64,000 nucleotides of DNA. It comes from Corallochytrium limacisporum Hawaii. Lineage: Eukaryota; Protista; Pluriformea. Of this stretch, positions 51,253 through 59,800 are shown one piece after another. The notes under the pieces were generated by a model. It saw nothing but the letters and a program-made list of their open reading frames with translations, had not been told where the DNA came from and made no database searches. The position numbers and the translations under genes were made by a program. Within the stretch, counting starts at the first letter, position 1. Every line of letters starts with the position of its first letter. The stretch lies in NCBI GenBank assembly GCA_002811645.1, contig PDIP01000003.1:248001-312000 (forward strand). The letters run 5' to 3'.

Positions 51253-52677
51253 TCACCGACAGTGGCTTAGGAGGGAGAAGCGCGGGTGAGGTTGAGTAGG
51301 GCGCAGCGACTGGTTGTACAGCTGGACCACATCGTCAAGGTTCTGGCGTGCGGCATCAAAGTCGCTAAGTTCAAGTCCAAATTTGGTGTAGTGGTGGACA
51401 TGAGCTTTACGCTTGTAGATTTTGTAGAAATGTTCATCCATGGCGCACAATAAAGAGGTAACAGCACTATTGTTGTGTAAGGCCAAGAGTGAATGTGGCA
51501 GGCTCACTGGCGCCTTGGAGCACAAGCCAACCTTCCATGCATCGCGATTCCAGTCGACGAATGTTGCTTTCGCAATCAGACGATCAATGTTACGTCTAAC
51601 ATCCGAAAGTTCCACGTCTCCTCGGATCATGAACGCAGAAGCAATGGTCGAGCCCGCCCTAAGGTTACAATCAACAAGTAGGTTGTCTTTGCTGAAGGCA
51701 TCAGTAAACATCTGGTCGAGGCGTCTCACAGGAATGTTCACATCTGCAGCACTGTACAGTGGTGCCAGCCCACTCACTAAGAAGTGTTGCTTCGGAAACG
51801 GTACCAGATTCATTTGAATTTCATTCATGTCCACATTCATCGACCCGGAGAAGCGGGCGGATGCTGTCATGCTCAGCATGACATTGGCCACGATGTTGTT
51901 CATGCTGTCAAATGCCTGCGCTTTTCTTGCTGTGTCACTCACATTCGGATCCGCTGTTTCAGCTGTTGCAAACGAATGTCCCTTCGACTTTAGCTTGTAC
52001 CGTGCAATATCATCGTAGATGCGGCCCAGGCTCTGGTTGTCAATTGGGATAATACAATCTGCATGATCGACTAGTGCACTGCACGATAGAAGGGCATTGT
52101 ACGGACTGGTTACGACATCATCGTGGGCTCTTGATGGGAACACTGGCACAGCAAAACGTGTTGCATCTTCAAATTCATCAGCAACAAGCTCATAAACATA
52201 GGATCCAACTCCTGACCCCGTGCCTCCTCCAAGACTGTGCAGAATGAAGAAACTCTGCAGGCAATCACACTTCTCAGCCTCGTATCGAATGTTATCCACA
52301 ATAGCTTCCTTGTATTGCTGTCCGTACATATGGTAACCTGCAGCCCAATTATTTCCTGCTCCTGATACATCAGTGATTTTTTGACGTGTGTCGAATAGGT
52401 GCCTTTCCTTACCTTTCATCAATTGCTGGACAACACCTTCTTCCATATCAATAAGTACCGCTCTGGCCCGCAGAGTCTCGGAGTATGCATTTCTATTCTC
52501 CGGTGTAATAACAGGTGCTGGCCCATCACTCACAGCTTCCTGACGAAAGAATACGGAAGTGGCTGAGTCATACTCTTTCTCACTATAGTGCAATTGTTCT
52601 TGGAGGGCCAATGACCAAAACCTTCCTCCGATCTGGTTTCCACATTGGCCCACTTGGATAACTATCGATTCGGCCAT
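51253..52677 (-). CDS. TUBE1: Epsilon-tubulin
   Basis: QVGQCGNQIG, LIDMEEGV, SGAGNNWA, HSLGGGTGSG, DDVVTSPYN, RRLDQMFTDAF (epsilon-type segments). Confidence 0.93.
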   Translation of the reverse strand: MAESIVIQVGQCGNQIGGRFWSLALQEQLHYSEKEYDSATSVFFRQEAVSDGPAPVITPENRNAYSETLRARAVLIDMEEGVVQQLMKGKERHLFDTRQKITDVSGAGNNWAAGYHMYGQQYKEAIVDNIRYEAEKCDCLQSFFILHSLGGGTGSGVGSYVYELVADEFEDATRFAVPVFPSRAHDDVVTSPYNALLSCSALVDHADCIIPIDNQSLGRIYDDIARYKLKSKGHSFATAETADPNVSDTARKAQAFDSMNNIVANVMLSMTASARFSGSMNVDMNEIQMNLVPFPKQHFLVSGLAPLYSAADVNIPVRRLDQMFTDAFSKDNLLVDCNLRAGSTIASAFMIRGDVELSDVRRNIDRLIAKATFVDWNRDAWKVGLCSKAPVSLPHSLLALHNNSAVTSLLCAMDEHFYKIYKRKAHVHHYTKFGLELSDFDAARQNLDDVVQLYNQSLRPTQPHPRFSLLSHCR

Positions 52678-52854
52678 TGCCGAGATCTGTCTTATTCTTT
52701 ATACTACATGTGTAATGTCAATCCTGTCTCATTCCAAAGTACGATGTTCCATGATTTCACATACCTAAATAGCAACGGCAAGCCTGAAATTTCGGCACCA
52801 CTTAGGCGGCATTGCATAATTGCCCAATTCTAAGCGTCCGAACGATCCCACTTT

Positions 52855-52890
52855 CCCCGGGGCCCCGTGGGGGGAGGATTTGGAGGGGGG
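52855..52890. promoter_or_regulatory. C4G4C4 and G-tract element upstream of epsilon-tubulin
   Basis: CCCCGGGGCCCC followed by G6 tracts, about 180 bp upstream of ATG 52677. Confidence 0.4.
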
Positions 52891-52928
52891 AGCAGGCTCC
52901 CTCCTGCTCGGTTACTTGGTGCGAAGGA

Positions 52929-53882
52929 CTATGCAGGTGCGAAGTCATGAATTACGGCAGCGCCATCCAGCACTCTGAAGTAGACCCAAAGCTTGTCAAG
53001 GCAGATCTCGAAGACTTCATCGCTGGTGCTTCGAAAGGTCGATCGGATATCGTGAGCCAGTGCCTGTCTCAAAAAGCTTGCAAACTCATCTGCAGACCGG
53101 TAAAACTGTAAGCGACTTGAGAACCTCGTTAACCTTTGCATGGCTTCTTCTGTGATATGAACCTTATCCAATGGTTTCCGTGGGGCATCTAGTATCCACC
53201 TGGGCTGACGCAAAGCGTCGCCCACGAGGGCATCATACGTACCGATGTAAGGTTTGATGTCCAATACAGGTGTCCCATGCACAAGGTCGTGATTTGCGAT
53301 CAAAATATAGTCACCTTCTATCCCAGTGATTTCAACGACGCTTAGTCCAATTGCATTCGGCCGGTGCGGTGTCCGGGTCGCATATATACCCACCTTTTTA
53401 CCATTTAGCCGTGGAGGCTTGACTTTTGCTTTGACGTTACAGTGTTCTGATAGATTCGTGTTTTCATGGAAGTAGAAGATCACCCATGCGTGGCTGTACT
53501 CCTGCAGTCCATCAAGCGACGGTGGGGAGAGGGCCACAGATTTGACCATGCGAATTCTTCCTCTGGCTTCTTTGACGATCCCTGGTTGACGAGGGGTCCC
53601 GAGTTTCTTCTTGAACACCGATTCCACCCAACCAACGACTAGACTAGGGATAGATTGCGCTTCCTTACCGCCGCTCTCATCTTTCACAGCATTTTGTGCC
53701 TGTCGCAATGCTTTCTCGGCAGCGATACGTCCCTTTCGATCAGCGTCACGTTTTGCACGCTCCTTTTCTAACTCTGCTGCAGTGGCCGAAAGGGTGATTC
53801 GGTGTGAGACATAAGCCACTGCTGCTAAGGAGATGGCCCACACCAGCAGCTGGCCAACACCAGGGCCCATTGAGGTTCCCAT
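52929..53882 (-). CDS. TRMO: tRNA (adenine37-N6)-methyltransferase TsaA/TRMO with N-terminal hydrophobic helix
   Basis: GTPRQP, YSHAWVIFYFH, GIYATRTPHRPNAIGLS, DLVHGTPVLDIKPY. Confidence 0.93.
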   Translation of the reverse strand: MGTSMGPGVGQLLVWAISLAAVAYVSHRITLSATAAELEKERAKRDADRKGRIAAEKALRQAQNAVKDESGGKEAQSIPSLVVGWVESVFKKKLGTPRQPGIVKEARGRIRMVKSVALSPPSLDGLQEYSHAWVIFYFHENTNLSEHCNVKAKVKPPRLNGKKVGIYATRTPHRPNAIGLSVVEITGIEGDYILIANHDLVHGTPVLDIKPYIGTYDALVGDALRQPRWILDAPRKPLDKVHITEEAMQRLTRFSSRLQFYRSADEFASFLRQALAHDIRSTFRSTSDEVFEICLDKLWVYFRVLDGAAVIHDFAPA

Positions 53883-54431
53883 CAAACTTGCCGCTGTCTG
53901 TCTAAGGAATCATTCATGAGTCTGAAAATTCCTACTCAGTAAACTACAACTGGTGGATGGAAACCATTTTGATACCATCATACACCTCTGGGCTAGAGAA
54001 CGCCCCGATCGTGGTGGGACCCACGCATTCCTCTCCCTCTCGTTGGTGGGTGCAGTCCATCAGATAGCCGGTACTCCCCCCCCCCAACCGAGGGGCGGGG
54101 CGGGGGGTTCATTTTCACGTCCTCTTCCTGCGACCCAGTTCAGCTCGAGTCTCCCAATCCGGACGCGGCAGTGGCGGTGGGGCGGATGTTGTGCCAATCC
54201 GATCCGCGCGCATTCCACGTAGCCCAGGCTGTGGGTGGTATTTCATCAATGTGTACGAGTAATCACATTAACAAGCTCTTTTGATGGCATGTCGTGCAGT
54301 TGGGAAACAGCGGAACACACTATATCGCAGCGTCAGTATGCAGCGACAACACCGATCTGCAGGGTAGAGGTACTCTGACTCGTTTTGCACGGCAACTGAG
54401 TATGCGACCGTGGGTTCTGTGATTCAGCATC

Positions 54432-56750
54432 ATGGGAGCGGTACAGTCAAGTGACCCTTTCGATTTTGAGTCGAATGCGCCACTCCGAAGTTTCGTTTCG
54501 GACAAAAATATCAGCGCAACGAATCATGAACTCTGGGATAAAATACTAGACAGTCAGTCCAAAATCTCTGACATTCGCCTGGCGGAGGGAACGCACTCGT
54601 TGTGTGCTCTGTTACTACATCAGGTTGACCGAGTAGCGCGGATGCAAACCTTAGCAACCGTCTATCTTTGTGAGATTGCCGAGTACTTCTCACCAGATTC
54701 AGTAGTTGATGTCAAATTACGGGAGTGGAGAGTGGTAAATGCACTGCGGATGCTCTGTGTCATATACAGTTTTGTATTGCAGAATTCTAGTGACGGGCAA
54801 GTGAGAGAAGTCCTGTTTAGCCATGTTAATATCATTGAGGCAGAAGATCATAACTTGCCAATGTCTCGGGACTCAAGCATTGTTTCTCCTTCGATTCCGG
54901 CACACCTCGGTCGAGAGAGACGCCGGCGATCCTCAGCAAGATCAGATCCAGGAGATGATGGCCATATAGCAAGTCCACGAGATTCTAGGCGGCCAACGAT
55001 GGGAACAATTTCAGAAGATGAGATCCCAGAATACCACCCATCGTCGAAAAGCTATGAAGTTCTTATGCAGGACATACCCGAAGACTCACCACGCCATCTA
55101 CCAACTGAAAAGCGAATCAGTCTCACCACTGCACTACTGCGTAGTATGGTTGACGTGACCGTTGCGTTCAGTGATTGGACGGACGGCGAGATGTCGGATG
55201 CGATTATGCACTACGTTTTGTGTCTGCTCCACTTACTGATGCTTTCGTACCTCAGCATTATGCCAAATCGTGGGCCAAACTCAATGTTCGCTGACATTGC
55301 AAGTGTAATCGAAGAGCCACAACTGGACAAGTTCTGGAGCGTCCTATTTGCTGAGGTCATTCGGGATAGGCCACACAATCAGCAACCAGCACTGCATGAA
55401 CCGTTTCCGAAACAGGAATCTTCCTTCAGTGTTGCGTCATTGATGTCGTTCAGGTCTCTGTCTCTCTTTGGGGGTTCTAATGCAGCAGAGTCTGTGAGGG
55501 CCAATGGGACAGCTGGCAATGGGTCACCTGCTGAACTGAAAAGGCCACACATCGGGACAACGATTGGAACTACAGCGCTACTGTTCATGGCAATGTGCCA
55601 AATTCTCCCGGAGTCCAATCCCTTGCGGCTTTCCCTGAAGTCAGAGTGCAGCCGTCGTAAAAGCGTACTGGACATGGCAACAAAGATAAAGCGGAGGGAG
55701 AGTGCTGGAAAGGGAGAGCTGCCTGAATACGACAGCCAGAGAAGTGTGGACGAGGAGGACATGAAGTTGACCTTACGGCTCTTCGTGGAAGAGATTGTTG
55801 GCCATGTGACCAACGAATACTACACGGTCCCCTTCTTGGTTAACTTGAATCACACATCAGGTTTCCTGAGGTGCACGATGGAGGTAAGTACTCCACGTCA
55901 ACTGTTCGAACCCATCTTGCGCTTACTTTACAATGCAGAGAACCACCTGACCCGGCATGACGTCACCTGTCTCTTAATTGTGTCACGGTACGCATCGCAG
56001 CCAAACCTTGTTGACTTTTTCAGCGAAGAATCATTCGACAACGTCACATGGTATGAGGAGCGGCGACTCGCGAACGCATCGTTGAGCGATGTCATTTCGA
56101 TTATTGCTCTGCGCCTCGTGGGCACAAACTTCGGAAAGTGGCACGATGCTTTCGTCCAGATGGTACTGTTTAACATTTTGACACAGTTGGCGCAGCACTG
56201 GGATAACGTGCACAGTCACGTCTGCGACCGCTTCATGAAACTTCTACGGGTCATGCTGAAGCGGCGGAATGCCGCACTGAAACAAAGAAACGCGAGTGCG
56301 AAGGCATCACAGGAGAAGGCGGTTGACTTCCAAGTCTTTGATGACTATGTGGTGCTCATGGCTCGTATTCTTGCTAGCGTGCTTAGTTCAAATATTTCCA
56401 AGAACCCCAACCTTGCTTATTCGGTCTTCTACCACCGGGATGTCTTTGAGGAACTGATCGAGACCATTGATGGCCGAGAATACGCCGGGGCCAAATTGCT
56501 GAACGGCGTATTTACACATGTCGAAGCCAAAATTGCAGAAATGGATGATGAAGTTAAATCCAATATTGACGTTCTACGGGATATGTTAACTGAAGCTGTG
56601 AGTACGTACATCCAAAGTGACGTGGCATCGGTCCCGTGGGTGACATTGGAGGTCAGTAATGATCGGGGTTCGCAGGAATTCTTCGTGGAGTATATAACGT
56701 CTCTGGTGTCCCTATCCAACCCGATAATTCCTTTCCCGATGCTAACCTAG
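54432..56750 (+). CDS. DYM: Dymeclin
   Basis: MGAVQS myristoylation-type start, WYEERRLANASLSDV (cf. WYTERVLTEISLGSL), NPNLAYS, EFFVEYITSLV (cf. EFFIPYVWSLV). Confidence 0.85.
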   Translation: MGAVQSSDPFDFESNAPLRSFVSDKNISATNHELWDKILDSQSKISDIRLAEGTHSLCALLLHQVDRVARMQTLATVYLCEIAEYFSPDSVVDVKLREWRVVNALRMLCVIYSFVLQNSSDGQVREVLFSHVNIIEAEDHNLPMSRDSSIVSPSIPAHLGRERRRRSSARSDPGDDGHIASPRDSRRPTMGTISEDEIPEYHPSSKSYEVLMQDIPEDSPRHLPTEKRISLTTALLRSMVDVTVAFSDWTDGEMSDAIMHYVLCLLHLLMLSYLSIMPNRGPNSMFADIASVIEEPQLDKFWSVLFAEVIRDRPHNQQPALHEPFPKQESSFSVASLMSFRSLSLFGGSNAAESVRANGTAGNGSPAELKRPHIGTTIGTTALLFMAMCQILPESNPLRLSLKSECSRRKSVLDMATKIKRRESAGKGELPEYDSQRSVDEEDMKLTLRLFVEEIVGHVTNEYYTVPFLVNLNHTSGFLRCTMEVSTPRQLFEPILRLLYNAENHLTRHDVTCLLIVSRYASQPNLVDFFSEESFDNVTWYEERRLANASLSDVISIIALRLVGTNFGKWHDAFVQMVLFNILTQLAQHWDNVHSHVCDRFMKLLRVMLKRRNAALKQRNASAKASQEKAVDFQVFDDYVVLMARILASVLSSNISKNPNLAYSVFYHRDVFEELIETIDGREYAGAKLLNGVFTHVEAKIAEMDDEVKSNIDVLRDMLTEAVSTYIQSDVASVPWVTLEVSNDRGSQEFFVEYITSLVSLSNPIIPFPMLT

Positions 56751-56803
56751 AGCACACACGCACAGATACAAGTTCTTGTGGTTCATAAACTGTTAATTCT
56801 TTT

Positions 56804-59800
56804 CTATTCAAGAGTTTCACTACCTCGGTCCACTGCGATCCTCGTCCGTCGCTGCACCAGAGGCACGACCGAGACGGGCGGGATGGCGCCACCGAGGATG
56901 CCCTGAACCAGGTCAAGCAAATACGCGGAATATAGGGCAGGATCTCGGTACAGGCGCTGCAGGTCCGCAGTGTCCAGCATGTCCGCCTTTTGCGATGGCT
57001 TGAAGCCGGCGAGGATGCGTCGCTGGCCACTGGCCGTTGTGAACAGTGCGTAGATAGGTACAGCATGGGGTGCAGTGTGGTTTGGAAGTACTGCAGCTAC
57101 AATTTGGTCCACAAGAGAATCAGTAAGCTGCTGGAGGTCGTTGTAGGTTAGAACTATGATATAGGGTCCCACAGGGCCTGTGAAGAGATCGCTCAGTTGA
57201 TCACGTATAGCAATAGCGTAGTTTGACACACTCATATCGATCAGTGCTCCGTTTTTCAATCGACGGCGAGCCAAGGACATTTTTCCAGGCTTTTTTACCA
57301 TACCACCGCAGAATAGATCAGCGTTCGTATTGTTTTCGTCATAATTGGAGTATCGCGAAATGGCACCCAGGTGAACGAGGGATTCATTTAACATCAAACT
57401 ACGTCGCTCCCGCTCGACAATAGAGCGCGGGACTGTTTGCTCAATGACATCATTGGAATGATAAGGACAAAGGAAACATGGATGTAGCAAGTTCCGCATC
57501 ACCTCACCGTCCCTTGTCTCGCTGTGGTCGCCCGCAGTTGTTTCCTCACGGCGATGCAAATCCAGCAAAGATCGCCATCGCACACACATCACTTCCAGAA
57601 TCGACTCCCAAGGGATCAGTCCCGAAGTATGGCAGCACACAATGTGCACTGCGTTGGCATCCGTAAGGGACCCCGCACTGGCACGAGGTGAGTCCCGACC
57701 GGCGGCCGAATCCGCACTGCGGAAGACATTGCCAAGCAGTGATGCGAAGAGCGATTTCTTTCCTCCGACCTCAGCTTTCACACTCGGGTCGTGCCAGAGA
57801 GCAAAGCGGCCGCCGGGAATCCTATTGATTTGATTCACCAGCGGTGCCAGCTGCAGGCTCAGAATGTGGGCACTGTTCTCGGCACCAGTCTCCTTCTCCG
57901 ATACATGGAACGTTGTCTCTGTTGTGTAATTCAGCAGCCTAATCAACTCAGGTGTACTTACCAGGCTGCTGGTTCGCGGACCGAATCCTCGCATCTCAAT
58001 CAATCGTAAAGACACAGCCTGGGACTTACCAATGGATTCAGTCGGGCCAATCACAAGCACAAGTGGTTTCACAGGACTGTTTGCTTGTTCACCAATGTCG
58101 AATACTTCACCAATCTTCTTGGTTTTTGCGATCTGTTCGAATGCCTTGCTCCGACCATTGAACTTGCTCACATGTGATAGGTCCATCTTGCTTAATTGAT
58201 CAGTCTTGGTCGCCACTTCCCAGGTGTGACTACAGAATAGTTTCTTGTCATGGTCCTTTCCACATGCTGCATTGATCGTTTCGGCTACGGTAGCTTGTCT
58301 GCTCACATCAATTAGACATGTCATATTTGAATTGGCAGCCATCGCAATCTGTACCCGAGTGACCATGTCGTTTGGCCATAGAGAAGCTGACAGATTGCCG
58401 CTAGTGGATCGATGGACGGTCTTGACATCAATATACTCCCGACCACCCATCTTTGTGTATGCTACTGATCCGTCGCCCAGATTTACAACCACCAAATGTC
58501 CATCGAGCTGGATTGTGATTACAGTACGCTTGAGCACTGGCAGATCTTCCCGCAGTCTGGAAAGAGACACGGGCTCGTAGAACTCTCCATCCGAATCGGT
58601 GATGGTCAACTTTGAGCCAGGTGGCGCCTTCGCTCCGACCTTTGTCCACATAGGTGAGCTCAGTAACTTAGTAGACCGCAGCTCTTCCATATGTCCTGTG
58701 ATGCGATGTATGATCTCACGATTCCTTTTCTTGAGATCCCGGTTTGATGGAATCTCACCTTTCGTGAATGCCTTACAATTGCCTTTCAAGCGGTGCCATT
58801 GTGCACGGAAGAATTCCATACTACCATCGACAGCAGTAACGAAATCGGTAATGCTCGTAATGTGGCCACCCGAACCGAGTGTCCGAGACGGCCGAAGAAT
58901 GGACCGTCCGCTGTCCTCGTCGAGTCTCGTCGGTGTGGCAGAAGAATCGGGTGTCGTTGGAGAGTCTTCCCCACGGAATTCCTCTGGTAGAGCTGGGCGA
59001 GCCTTACTGGACTCCAGAGTATTGCCCCTGATGGCATCCAAGAATGTAGTATTGCGACTACGCGCGGAGTCAGTCTTATTGCTAAGTTCTGAGAGGATGT
59101 CTGGGACTTGGGATCGACGACTTGAAGTTGTACCATGCTGAGATCTCGGACCCAAGGAGCCAGAACTTAGCTGGCTCGCCACGTCCGAAATACCAGCCTC
59201 ATCATTCCATCGGGACAGATGTAAATGGCTCGTACGGAAAGCCCGATTGGCATCCTGGTAGAGCAAAAAGAACAGAAAGTGATCCTCAATGATCGCAGGT
59301 GGCGAGACTGCAATTAGGCGACAGACTCGTCCAAGCAACTCTTCAATTTTGCGCAGCTTTGAACGACTCATACTCGCCACCGTGATATCCTCGCCATTGT
59401 AGAAGTACAAAAGAAACTTGTTGCAAAACAGCAGCGTGTACTGTTGCGACTTCCATTCATCTCCGTGAATCTTATTCAGTTCAGCTAGGTTAACGTAATT
59501 GTGAAGAACGTAGAAAGGCAAACACTTATCGACGGCAAGCTCAAGCGCCAATGATGCAGAATCAATACCATCTTTGAGCCATCCTCTGTGGAACTCTAAC
59601 ATGTCCGCGGTGCCGCTAAATCTCTCCAGAGATATCTTGTCCATCACAATTGGAGGGAAGAGGGAGCATGCTATCACATCTGCTAGCAACGTCCAGCACT
59701 TCAAGGACATAATGTCATCTCCTAGCCTTGCGTATCCTTCCCGGGCAGCCGCAAATTGATCAATTGCACACTGTGTCAATTCGAAATTGCATGCAAAGCT

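Noticed and set aside
52700-52930. RFX X-box upstream of epsilon-tubulin
   Set aside because: Only half-site matches (TAGCAAC, GTTAC); no full palindrome.
4545-53882. Functional cluster of RNA-processing genes (QTRT1, NCBP2, HBS1L, REXO2, GTPBP2, cactin, TRMO)
   Set aside because: Interspersed with unrelated genes; such genes are common in compact genomes, and no enrichment test was possible.
53944-53995. LVDGNHFDTIIH, resembling RT motif DxxKAFD
   Set aside because: Single short match needing an indel; no supporting neighbouring motif.
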